A DNA stretch of 64,000 nt from Acidimicrobiales bacterium. GTDB lineage: Bacteria > Actinomycetota > Acidimicrobiia > Acidimicrobiales > VFJN01. The translations under genes and the position numbers were made by a program. Within the stretch, counting starts at the first letter, position 1, and every line of letters begins with the position of its first letter. The stretch spans positions 18,111-82,110 of the forward strand of contig DATHAO010000002.1 in assembly GCA_035296625.1 (NCBI GenBank), written 5' to 3'. Positions 35,120 to 43,335 of the stretch are shown one piece after another. Below the pieces are notes generated by a model. That model worked only from the letters and a program-made list of their open reading frames with translations. It had not been told where the DNA came from and searched no databases.

Positions 35120-35764
35120 TCAGCTGGTCCTTCGCCGGCCGAGGATGTAGCTGCGACGTGTCTCGACTTCCTCGGGATAGGAAGCACGTTCGAGCACTGC
35201 CTCGACCGCGAACCCGGCCCGCTCCAGACGGTCGGCCACCGGGGCGGCCTCGAGGAAGCGGAAGTCGACATCGACCTCCTCGTCCCACCACTCGTCGAGG
35301 TGGCGTACCTCCTCGCCTACATGGAAGGCGACCAGCAACGGGCCACCCGCACCGACGACCCGCGCCAGCTCGTGCGCGGCGGCGTCCAAGCCGTCCTCGT
35401 CCAAGTGGATCAGGCAATAGAACGCCACGGCGCCACCCAGAGCATCACGGCCGAAGGGCAGGGATGTCAGCGACCCGGCCACTGCGGCCAACCCCAGCCG
35501 GTGGCGCGCGATCGCAGCCATGGCCGGGGAGAGATCCAAGGTCACGACGGTCGCCCCCAGCCCAGCCAGGAACGCCGCGACATGACCCGGGCCCGCACCG
35601 AGGTCCCCGATCGGTCCGAGGCCTCGACTGCGCGCATCCTCGGCGATCACCGAGAGCAGCGCTCGATCCAGCGGCTTGTGGTCCAGCTCGTCGATGAGCT
35701 CCTCCGCGTACCGTGCGGCCACCCGGTCGTACGAGCGACGAATTCGGCCGGGATCGAGGCCCAC
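35120..35764 (-). CDS. class I SAM-dependent methyltransferase
   Basis: SAM motif I, IGDLGAGPGHVA, and motif II region LDLS; 214 aa. GTG start. Confidence 0.8.
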   Translation of the reverse strand: MGLDPGRIRRSYDRVAARYAEELIDELDHKPLDRALLSVIAEDARSRGLGPIGDLGAGPGHVAAFLAGLGATVVTLDLSPAMAAIARHRLGLAAVAGSLTSLPFGRDALGGAVAFYCLIHLDEDGLDAAAHELARVVGAGGPLLVAFHVGEEVRHLDEWWDEEVDVDFRFLEAAPVADRLERAGFAVEAVLERASYPEEVETRRSYILGRRRTS

Positions 35765-35840
35765 ACGAGCTGTCTAGCAGCCGGCCAACCGGCCCGGCCC
35801 ACGAGATCCGCCCGCACACGTCGGCGGGCTCGCGGGTGCG

Positions 35841-37340
35841 TCACTCGTAGTGCTGCAGGGCTCGTCTCAGACCTTCCGGGGAGACGCGCAGGTCTCGGCA
35901 CACGAGGATCGGTGTTCCGGCGACGTCGTTCGATACGTCCCAAGGGTTCGAGACGATGGCGGCCGGACCCAGTGCGTCGCAGTACCGGTCGAGCAGGTGT
36001 AGGGGGTAGCCCACCGTGACGACGGTGCCGGCTGGCTCGCCGTCGGGCCACCAGTCGGCGTAGCTGTTGTGGGCCGACAGCGCCGTGCCCCGAGGCATGT
36101 CCCGGGCCGGGCCGTAGAGATCGATGGCTGCCGCCTCGCCGTAGCTGGCCGTGATGACGCGCGCCTCGGATTGCTCGTCTGCGGGCAGGATGTGCATGAC
36201 CGCGGCGACTTGGTCGGCCATGTCCGGCCAGCCCACCTCCTCGCCGAGCTCGTCGTTGACGTCGTGGAAGACCTCGGCGTAGAGGTCGACCGGCGCGACC
36301 GGGGCGACGGCGGGGAGGGCGATGATGCCGTTGAGCAGGAGCGCGCCGAGGGCCCACCTCCAGCGGCGCTCGGCTCCCGCGACCCAGCCTTTGGCCGCCA
36401 CGCCGCCGGCGGCGAACGCCAAGGGATAGACGGGCCCCAGGTAGTAGGCCTTGGCGCCGAGGGCGAACTGCACGACGGCGACCGCGGCGACCGCGATCGC
36501 CAGCACGCGCCAGGGTCGACGCCGCCACATCCAGATGAGGCCACCGGCTGCGAGCGGGAGAGCCAGCGGACCGACGAGGGCGACCTGCTGGGCGAGGAAC
36601 CCGAGGCGACCGTCCTCGGCCCGCACGTCTGCGTTGTTGTTGCGGGCGAACTCGAGGGTGGGCCAGTCGTTGAACGCCTGCCACAGGAGGTTCGGCAACC
36701 ACAGCGCCAGCGCGACCGCCAGACCCGCCCACGGCCACACGCTGCGCAGGTGGTGGCGGGCGTCGGGCACCGCAATGAAGCCCACCGCGAGGCCGCCGCC
36801 GAGCAGGGTGATGGTCCACTTCGTCTCGAGCCCGAGCCCGAAGACGGCGCCGACCGCCAGCCACCACCGGGCATCCGCGCCGCGCAGGAGCCTCACGACG
36901 AGGACCCACACCAGTGCCCATGCCAGCTGGTCGAATGGCACCGTCTGGAACAGCGAGCCGGTCGCGACGAAGAGCGGAGCCGTCGCCGTGGCCACCGCAG
37001 CGAGCACCGTGGCGCGCCGATCACCACCCAGCTCGCGCGCCACGAGGGCGGCCAGCACCACGACGCCGGCATGAACGGCGCCGGCCACGAGGCGTAGCGG
37101 CCACAGGTGCTCGCCGGCCACGACGGCGATCACCCGCGCGAGCAGGGGCACGACCGGCGGCTGGTCGACATAGCCCCAGGCCGGCCGCCGGCCGGCCGCG
37201 AGGTAGTAGAGCTCGTCGCGGTGGAACCCGTAGCGGCCGCTGAGCACGGCATGGAACGCGACGACGGCCGCCGCGATCACGACGACCGGCGTCGCGTCCC
37301 ACCGCTCCAGACCCGCACGCAACGCCCGCGCTCGCGACAC
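35841..37340 (-). CDS. GT39/ArnT-like (PMT_2) membrane glycosyltransferase
   Basis: Multi-TM protein with FHRDELYY...YVDQPP (the DE motif loop typical of GT-C enzymes). The upstream 540 codons of ORF 35841..38966 are antisense to two plus-strand genes. The start is uncertain (GTG 37340). Confidence 0.7.
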   Translation of the reverse strand: MSRARALRAGLERWDATPVVVIAAAVVAFHAVLSGRYGFHRDELYYLAAGRRPAWGYVDQPPVVPLLARVIAVVAGEHLWPLRLVAGAVHAGVVVLAALVARELGGDRRATVLAAVATATAPLFVATGSLFQTVPFDQLAWALVWVLVVRLLRGADARWWLAVGAVFGLGLETKWTITLLGGGLAVGFIAVPDARHHLRSVWPWAGLAVALALWLPNLLWQAFNDWPTLEFARNNNADVRAEDGRLGFLAQQVALVGPLALPLAAGGLIWMWRRRPWRVLAIAVAAVAVVQFALGAKAYYLGPVYPLAFAAGGVAAKGWVAGAERRWRWALGALLLNGIIALPAVAPVAPVDLYAEVFHDVNDELGEEVGWPDMADQVAAVMHILPADEQSEARVITASYGEAAAIDLYGPARDMPRGTALSAHNSYADWWPDGEPAGTVVTVGYPLHLLDRYCDALGPAAIVSNPWDVSNDVAGTPILVCRDLRVSPEGLRRALQHYE

Positions 37341-37496
37341 GACACCGATGATGCCCCGCGGCCCCGCCCGTGGCCGGGCAGCCCACCGACGGACTGTCAC
37401 ACCATCGATCCCGGCGCCGGTTGGCGGGGCCGTCGAGTTGGCGATGGATTCGGGATCGGCGCACGATGCCAGAGGTGATGGAAGGGGTGATGTGAC

Positions 37497-38261
37497 GTGT
37501 GGGGCGGTTGGCGGCTCCGTCGCGTCTCGGCCCTGCCAGAGGGGTGGCGGAACGTCACGGCCCGCTCTGTCGGTCACTGGGCGGTGCTCGGTGACGACGA
37601 GCGGGATCACCTCGGCGGGCTGATGGACGAGCTTCTTCGGACCAAGCGGTGGGAGGCGGCGCGGGGCTTCGAGCTGACCGACGAGATCCGGATCGTCGTC
37701 GCCGCCGAGGCCTCCCTGCTCGTCCTCGGCCTGGACATCGACTGCTACCGGGACGTCAGTGCGATCATCCTGCACCCGTCCACGGTCACGATGCGGGGGG
37801 AGCGCCCCGGCCCGGCTCGCGGCGTGGTGACCGACTCGCCGCTGTCGGTCCTCGGACAGGCGCACGCCCGGCGCGGTCCGGTCATCATCGCGTGGGACGC
37901 AGCCCGCGCCGACGCCCGCCGGCCGGGCACGGGTCACAACGTGGTGCTCCACGAGTTCGCCCACAAGCTGGACATGCTCGATGGGCTCGTCGACGGGACC
38001 CCGCCCCTGCGCGACGCGTCGGTACGCCAGCGCTGGATCGAGGTGTGCACCGCCGCGTACGAGTCCCTCCGGGCCGGTGACCGCGAGACCCCGCTCAGCG
38101 CGTACGGAGCGATCAACCCGGGTGAGTTCTTCGCCGTCGCCACCGAGGCCTTCTTCGTCGTGCCCGAGACCCTTCATGAGCGGGAGCCGGCCCTCTACGG
38201 CGTGCTGCGCGACTTCTACCGGCAGGACCCGGCCGGGCGCCCGGCTCGCCGAGACCCGTGA
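37497..38261 (+). CDS. MtfA-like zinc-dependent peptidase (M90 family)
   Basis: HEFAHKLD HExxH motif and the later EFFAVATEAFF motif. Confidence 0.8.
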   Translation: MWGGWRLRRVSALPEGWRNVTARSVGHWAVLGDDERDHLGGLMDELLRTKRWEAARGFELTDEIRIVVAAEASLLVLGLDIDCYRDVSAIILHPSTVTMRGERPGPARGVVTDSPLSVLGQAHARRGPVIIAWDAARADARRPGTGHNVVLHEFAHKLDMLDGLVDGTPPLRDASVRQRWIEVCTAAYESLRAGDRETPLSAYGAINPGEFFAVATEAFFVVPETLHEREPALYGVLRDFYRQDPAGRPARRDP

Positions 38262-38315
38262 TGCGACCGTCGTGCCCGAGCCCGTGACATCGGCGGGTCC
38301 GCCAGAATGGCGGCG

Positions 38316-39038
38316 ATGCCTACCGAGCTGCTGTACCTGCGGGACGCGTACATGCGGGACTTCGACGCCACCGTGGTCGACGTCGATGCCGAGGGCCGCC
38401 GGGTCGCCCTCGATCGCACGGCGTTCTACCCGACCGGCGGTGGCCAGCCTCACGACACCGGGGAGCTCTCCGGTCTCGGCGTCACCGACGTGCGCAAGGG
38501 GGAGGGCGACCTCGTGTGGCACACCCTCGGGGGCGACGGTGCCCTTCCGGCGACGGGCGACACGGTGCACGGTGCGGTCGACTGGGAGCGGCGTCACGCC
38601 CTGATGCGCACCCACACCGCGCTGCACGTCCTCTGTGGGGTCATCTGGAACGAGTGGGGCAAGGCCGTCACCGGGGGCAACATGGAGCCACTCTCGGCGC
38701 GGATGGACTTCGAGTTCGATCCTCTGCCGGAGGGGTTCGGCCGACGGGTCGAGGAGCTGGTCAACACCGAGCTGGCGGCCGACCGCCCGATCGAGGTGTC
38801 GTTCCTGACCCCCGAAGAGGCGTCGTCCCCGGCGACGGGCTTGATCCGCACCAAGGTCAGCCTGGTCCCCGAGGCCGTGGCGGAGGTCCGCGTCGTCGAC
38901 ATCGTCGGCCTCGACAAGCAGGCCGACGGCGGCACGCATGTGCGCTCCACCAGCGAGGTGGGCCACGTGAGGGTCCTAAAGACCGAGTCCAAGGGCAAGG
39001 GCAACAAGCGCGTCCGGATCGCCGTCGAGGACGGGTGA
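38316..39038 (+). CDS. AlaX-type alanyl-tRNA editing protein
   Basis: LYLRDAY..F.A.V, FYPTGGGQPHD, HTALHVL, GGTHV matches the AlaX-M pattern. ATG 38316 is preceded by cAGAAT-N7; ATG 38307 is the alternative. Confidence 0.85.
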   Translation: MPTELLYLRDAYMRDFDATVVDVDAEGRRVALDRTAFYPTGGGQPHDTGELSGLGVTDVRKGEGDLVWHTLGGDGALPATGDTVHGAVDWERRHALMRTHTALHVLCGVIWNEWGKAVTGGNMEPLSARMDFEFDPLPEGFGRRVEELVNTELAADRPIEVSFLTPEEASSPATGLIRTKVSLVPEAVAEVRVVDIVGLDKQADGGTHVRSTSEVGHVRVLKTESKGKGNKRVRIAVEDG

Positions 39039-39150
39039 GCTTGACCCCGTAGCGGGTACGGGCCCTGGCGTCGGGCCCATGAGCTTGACGGTTCGGATAG
39101 CGACCGGTACCCCGGTACCGTGTCAAGCCCTTCGCCCTGAGACACCGACC

Positions 39151-39183
39151 GGGAGGGGACGCTCCCGTCGCGCGTCCCCTCCC
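39151..39183. terminator. perfect 12-bp GC hairpin downstream of alaX
   Basis: gggaggggacgc-tcccgtcgc-gcgtcccctccc. Confidence 0.5.
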
Positions 39184-39339
39184 GATCTCGCGGTGCCCGA
39201 CGGCCGATCGATCCGCCCGCAGCCGATCGACGCGTCGGGCATCGTGCCGGCCTGCGTGGTCGTGCACCACGGGCCGGCGCGAGGCGTCGGCACCTCCCAG
39301 CCCTGGGCTGCGCCGAGAGGTGCCGCGCTCGGGGACCGG

Positions 39340-39726
39340 TCAGCCGCCGGCAGCCTCGGAGCCCGCGGCCGCCCCCGCGGGCTGAGGAACCGGCCAGGCC
39401 GTCGCCGGCCACGGCCGGGGCGGGCCCCCGCACCAGAGCCCGCCACCCGGGGCCGAGATGTCGGCGGCCACGTTGCCCAGCACGCTGTCCAGGGCGGCCA
39501 GCCCCGTGGCATTGCGGAGCTCGTCCCAGGCATCCTCGCCAGCGACGGCGCCGACGGCCACGATCGAGCCCTCCAGCTGCTGCTGCTCGAGCACCAGCGA
39601 GCTCGCCTCGGCCAGCAGGCGCTGCGCCCGCTGGTGCGCCAGCGCGATGCGCCGCCGCACATCGGTCGGAACGGTATCCGGTGAGATCGGCTCGGTAGCC
39701 CGATGCGTCTCGCGCACGATCTTCAT
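39340..39726 (-). CDS. hypothetical protein (orphan, helical N-terminal half, Pro/Gly/Trp-rich tail)
   Basis: MKIVRETHRATEP...LVLEQQQLEGS...; high GC3. No family recognised. Confidence 0.45.
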   Translation of the reverse strand: MKIVRETHRATEPISPDTVPTDVRRRIALAHQRAQRLLAEASSLVLEQQQLEGSIVAVGAVAGEDAWDELRNATGLAALDSVLGNVAADISAPGGGLWCGGPPRPWPATAWPVPQPAGAAAGSEAAGG

Positions 39727-39809
39727 CGCTCTCCCTCGTGGGTCGTCGTCGACGGCAGGGATCTGTTCCATTGCGATGTGTTCGAAACCGTCGGCCGGGC
39801 GGATGACCC

Positions 39810-40019
39810 TCAGTGCGGAAAACCCTCCACCGGACCCTCGGCCTCGGGGTCGAGGTCGCCGTCCTCGCCGGGGACGACCAGGTCCCAGCGGTCGAGGCAG
39901 TCCTCGCAGCGGTAGCTGACGAGATCCCCGGGCAACCAGTCGCGCTCGCTGGGCGGGTAGGAGTTCAGGTGCGCGCGTCCCCCGCAGTCGATGCAGGTGA
40001 TGACCGCTTCGATCTCCAC
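39810..40019 (-). CDS. small CxxC...CxxC zinc-ribbon protein
   Basis: VITCIDCGG...SYRCEDCLDRW followed by an acidic tail. High GC3. The GTG start lies 9 nt after the crotonase stop. Confidence 0.5.
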   Translation of the reverse strand: MEIEAVITCIDCGGRAHLNSYPPSERDWLPGDLVSYRCEDCLDRWDLVVPGEDGDLDPEAEGPVEGFPH

Positions 40020-40028
40020 GGCCGGACC

Positions 40029-40748
40029 CTACCGGCGGGGCCGCTGCTCGAACCCGGTGACGCCCTGCGCGAACCCCTCAGCGAAGATGACCTCGCGGCC
40101 GAGCCGGTCCTCGTTGGCCAGCGCTTCGTCGAGGCTCACGCCAAGGCCGTCGTAGACGGCCCTGCGGTCGTTGACCACGGCCAGCCAGGGGGACCCGGCG
40201 ATGTCGGCCGCGAGGGCGACGGCGGCGTCGAGGGCGGTACCGGCGGGCACGAGCCGGTCGACGAAGCCCATGCGCTCGGCCTCGGCGGCGTCGATCTCGC
40301 GCCCCGTGAGGATGAGGTCGAGCGCCCGGCCCAGGCCGACGATGCGGGGGAGGCGGTACGTGCCGCCGTCGACGAGCGGCACGCCCCACCGGCGCTCCAG
40401 GCACCCGAACCGGGCGGTGTCGCCCGCCACCCGCAGGTCGCACCACGCGGCCAACTCCATGCCGCCCGCCACGCACCAGCCCTCGACGGCGGCGATCACC
40501 GGCTTGGACAGCGTCAGGCGTGTCGGGCCGAGCGGCCCGCTGGCACGCAGGCGAGGCAGGTCGCGCAGGTTTGCGCCCGCGCAGAACGCCGCCTCGTCGC
40601 CCGTCAGCACCGCCACGCGGGCGCCGTCGTCGGCGTCGAAGGCGACCAGCTCGTCGTGGAGCCGGGCGGCGGTCTCGCTGTTGATGGCGTTGCGGGCGTG
40701 GCCCTGGTCGATGCGCACGACGCGGACGGCGGGGGCCTGCTCGGTCAT
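40029..40748 (-). CDS. enoyl-CoA hydratase/isomerase (crotonase) family protein
   Basis: ARNAIN, FCAGANL, KPVIAAVEGWCVAGGMELA, and the RLPR..G pattern. Confidence 0.85.
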   Translation of the reverse strand: MTEQAPAVRVVRIDQGHARNAINSETAARLHDELVAFDADDGARVAVLTGDEAAFCAGANLRDLPRLRASGPLGPTRLTLSKPVIAAVEGWCVAGGMELAAWCDLRVAGDTARFGCLERRWGVPLVDGGTYRLPRIVGLGRALDLILTGREIDAAEAERMGFVDRLVPAGTALDAAVALAADIAGSPWLAVVNDRRAVYDGLGVSLDEALANEDRLGREVIFAEGFAQGVTGFEQRPRR

Positions 40749-40773
40749 GGCGGGAGCATGCCACCGCGCTCGG

Positions 40774-40779
40774 TACCGT
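40774..40779 (+). promoter_or_regulatory. predicted -10 element of a leaderless promoter for rsmD
   Basis: TACCGT, 6 nt, GTG 40786. Confidence 0.4.
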
Positions 40780-40785
40780 GCGCGG

Positions 40786-41331
40786 GTGCGCGTGGTGGGA
40801 GGGACGGCCCGGGGCCGGCGGCTGGTGGCGCCGCTTGGTGACCGCACCCGGCCCACGACCGACCGGGTGCGTGAGGCGGTGTTCAACGCCCTGTGGAGCC
40901 GCGGGGCCGTCGAGGGCGCCGACGTGCTCGACCTGTTTTCCGGCAGCGGGGCGCTGGGCATCGAGGCGCTGTCCCGCGGGGCGCGCCACGCCACGTTCGT
41001 CGACACCGACGCCGCCGCCCGCCGTGCCGTGGCCGCCAACCTCGCGGCCTGCGGCCTGGCGGCACGCGCCGAGGTCGTCGGTATCCCGGTCGAGCGGTTC
41101 CTCGCCCGCCGGGCGGACGCGGGCACCGCGCCGGCCGACCTGGCCTTCTGCGACCCGCCGTACGGGTTCGCGGGGTGGGACGCGCTGCTCGCACGCCGCC
41201 CCGCCGAGCTCGTCGTCGCCGAGTCCGGGGAACCCGTCGACCCGCCCGCGGGGTGGCGGCTCGTGCGGGACGGCCGCTACGGCACCACGTGGGTGGGCTT
41301 CCTCGAGGCCGTTGACCACGACGGAAGGTGA
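40786..41331 (+). CDS. rsmD: 16S rRNA (guanine966-N2)-methyltransferase RsmD
   Basis: VRVVGGTARGRRL..P....RPT.DRVREA.FN, DLFSGSGALGIEALSRGA, DPPY. Confidence 0.85.
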   Translation: MRVVGGTARGRRLVAPLGDRTRPTTDRVREAVFNALWSRGAVEGADVLDLFSGSGALGIEALSRGARHATFVDTDAAARRAVAANLAACGLAARAEVVGIPVERFLARRADAGTAPADLAFCDPPYGFAGWDALLARRPAELVVAESGEPVDPPAGWRLVRDGRYGTTWVGFLEAVDHDGR

Positions 41332-41403
41332 AGGTGCGGGCGCCCTCGGGGGTACCGTACTGGCGCAGGTGCGGCGCCAGCCCCCGCGATCAGGAGCGCG
41401 ACA

Positions 41404-41886
41404 GTGACGACCGTCCTCTATCCGGGATCGTTCGACCCCATCCACAACGGCCACGGAGAGATCATCGAGGTCGCGTCGCGGTTGTTCGACGAGGTCGTCG
41501 TGGCCGCGGTCCGGAACCCACAAAAGGGCGAGGCGCTCTTCACGCTGGCCGACCGCCAGGCGATGATCGAGGAGTCGACGGCGCACCTCGGCAACGTGCG
41601 GGTCACGATGTTCTCCAGCCTGGTCGTCGACCTGGCCCGCGAGGTCGGGGCTGACTTCATCATCAAGGGCCTGCGCGTGGTGGCCGACTTCGAGTCCGAG
41701 CTCATGATGGCGCGCATGAACAAGGCGGTGTCGGGCATCGAGACGATGTTCGTGCCCTCGACGTCCGAGCACTCGTACCTGGCGTCGAAGTTCATCCGTG
41801 AGATCGCCCGCTTCGGGGGTGACGTGTCGTCGATGGTGCCCGAGGCCGTCAGCAAGCGCCTGCGCGAGAAGTACCGGTCCACATGA
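41404..41886 (+). CDS. coaD: phosphopantetheine adenylyltransferase
   Basis: YPGSFDPIHNGH, plus the later ISSS-equivalent and KGLR motifs. Confidence 0.95.
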   Translation: MTTVLYPGSFDPIHNGHGEIIEVASRLFDEVVVAAVRNPQKGEALFTLADRQAMIEESTAHLGNVRVTMFSSLVVDLAREVGADFIIKGLRVVADFESELMMARMNKAVSGIETMFVPSTSEHSYLASKFIREIARFGGDVSSMVPEAVSKRLREKYRST

Positions 41887-42479
41887 GCACCGACGACCGC
41901 TCGTTCGACGCCAGGGTGGCCCAGCGGGTGCCCGGTGGCGACGTCGAGGCGCTGCTCCAGCGCGTCCACGAGGTCATCGACACCGCCCGCCCGGCACCGC
42001 TGTCCACGCAGGTCAAGGTCGACCGCGACGAGCTGCTCGACCTGCTCGACCAGGCCATCGAGCGTCTGCCCGACGAGGTGCGGGCGGCCCGCTGGCTCAT
42101 GAAGGACCGCGACGAGTTCCTCGAGCGCACCCAGCGCGAGGCCGATGACATCCTCGCGGCCGCGCGGGGCCAGGCCGAGCGGATGGTGCAGCGGTCCGAG
42201 GTCCTCAAGGCGGCCGAGGCCACGTCGCGACGCATCGTCGAGCAGGCAAAGCTCGAGGCGAGCCGGCTGCGCAACGAGTGCGACGACTTCTGCGACCGGC
42301 GCCTCGCCCAGTTCGAGACCGTGCTCGAGCGGACCATGGGCGTCGTGGCCGCCGGCCGGGTCAAGCTGCGGGGACCGATCCCCGAGGCCGAGCCGGCCCC
42401 CGAGGACGACGACGCCGACGACGGCGACCAGGCCGAGGAGGCCGAGGGCGCGCTCTACGACCAGGACGACTGGCGATGA
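41883..42479 (+). CDS. coiled-coil protein (ATP-synthase-b/DivIVA-like) conserved between coaD and yceD
   Basis: ATGA overlap with coaD. Long heptad-like stretch READDILAAARGQAERMVQRSEVLKAAEATSRRIVEQAKLEA, then an acidic tail. Confidence 0.6.
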   Translation: MSTDDRSFDARVAQRVPGGDVEALLQRVHEVIDTARPAPLSTQVKVDRDELLDLLDQAIERLPDEVRAARWLMKDRDEFLERTQREADDILAAARGQAERMVQRSEVLKAAEATSRRIVEQAKLEASRLRNECDDFCDRRLAQFETVLERTMGVVAAGRVKLRGPIPEAEPAPEDDDADDGDQAEEAEGALYDQDDWR

Positions 42480-43000
42480 GCGCCAACCCGTTCCTCGTCC
42501 CGACTGCCGAGCTGTTCCGCCACCGCGGCGCCCGCCACCACGTCGAGCGGGCCGGCCCGTTCCCCGGCCTCGGCCTCAGCGCCTCGCGCCTCACCGACGA
42601 CGACGTCGTGGTCGAGCTGACGCTGGAGGCGCAGGGCCAGACACTCATCGCCAACGGCGCGGCCACGGCCCGGTGGCTGGGGGAGTGCCGCCGCTGCCTC
42701 GAGCCGACCGGTGGTGAGCTGGTGGTCGAGCTGCACGAGGTGTTCGAACCCGAGCCCGTCGAGGGCGAGACCTACCCGCTCGGCACCGACCACGTCGACC
42801 TTGCCCCGGCCGTGCGCGAGGCGATCGCCCTGGCCCTGCCGCTCGCCCCGTTGTGCGACGAGGCCTGCGGGGGCCCCGACCCCGAGGGCCACCCCGTGGG
42901 CGAGGAGGCCGGCGACGACGAGGCCGAGGCCGGGGGGGTCGACGGCGCGGCCGCCGATCCCCGGTGGGCCGCCCTCGATCAGCTCCGCTTCGACCGGTAG
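42476..43000 (+). CDS. yceD: YceD/DUF177 large-subunit rRNA accumulation protein
   Basis: C.RCL ... PL.PLC.E.C.G pattern. ATGA overlap with the upstream gene. Sits upstream of rpmF as usual. Confidence 0.85.
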   Translation: MSANPFLVPTAELFRHRGARHHVERAGPFPGLGLSASRLTDDDVVVELTLEAQGQTLIANGAATARWLGECRRCLEPTGGELVVELHEVFEPEPVEGETYPLGTDHVDLAPAVREAIALALPLAPLCDEACGGPDPEGHPVGEEAGDDEAEAGGVDGAAADPRWAALDQLRFDR

Positions 43001-43123
43001 CGGCACCTCGCACAGGCCGTCGCCGGGTTACCGGGTGGCGGTCGGGACCCGCTAGCATCTCCTCCTTGCGCCCGCGGGCGCGTCCACTCTCTCCCACGAA
43101 CGACGAGTCGCGTAGGAAGACCC

Positions 43124-43303
43124 ATGGCCGTCCCCAAGAAGAAGACCTCCAAGGCCAAGAGCCGCAGCCGGCGGGCGGCCGCCTGGCGCCTCGAGCGCCC
43201 GTCGCGCAGCGTCTGCCCGCATTGCAGCGCCGCCAAGCTGCCCCACGTGGTGTGCGGCAACTGCGGCTGGTACGGCGGCCGCCAGGCCATCGAGGTCGAT
43301 TGA
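43124..43303 (+). CDS. rpmF: 50S ribosomal protein L32 (59 aa, below the ORF-track cut-off)
   Basis: Hand translation: MAVPKKKTSKAKSRSRRAAAWRLERPSRSVCPHCSAAKLPHVVCGNCGWYGGRQAIEVD. Confidence 0.9.
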   Translation: MAVPKKKTSKAKSRSRRAAAWRLERPSRSVCPHCSAAKLPHVVCGNCGWYGGRQAIEVD

Positions 43304-43322
43304 CGGCGCCCTTGGCGCCGTC
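43302..43322 (+). terminator. intercistronic 9-bp hairpin overlapping the rpmF stop (attenuator or processing site candidate)
   Basis: gacggcgcc-ctt-ggcgccgtc. plsX ATG lies 13 nt downstream. Confidence 0.35.
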
Positions 43323-43335
43323 ACGCACCACCACG

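Noticed and set aside
33576-35764. RiPP-like cluster (small peptide next to a methyltransferase and a flavoenzyme).
   Set aside because: The peptide is Arg/Ala/Pro-rich with no Cys/Ser/Thr-rich core. No cyclodehydratase, lanthionine synthetase, radical-SAM enzyme, protease or transporter is present.
37341-38966. Upstream 540 codons of minus ORF 35841..38966.
   Set aside because: This part is antisense to the well-supported MtfA-like and AlaX genes. Only the 35841-37340 part shows a GT39 membrane-protein signature.
39083-39128. tRNA-like element suggested by ggttcggat (resembles a T-loop).
   Set aside because: The flanking bases do not form a T-stem (gacgg versus agcga), and no acceptor or anticodon arms can be drawn.
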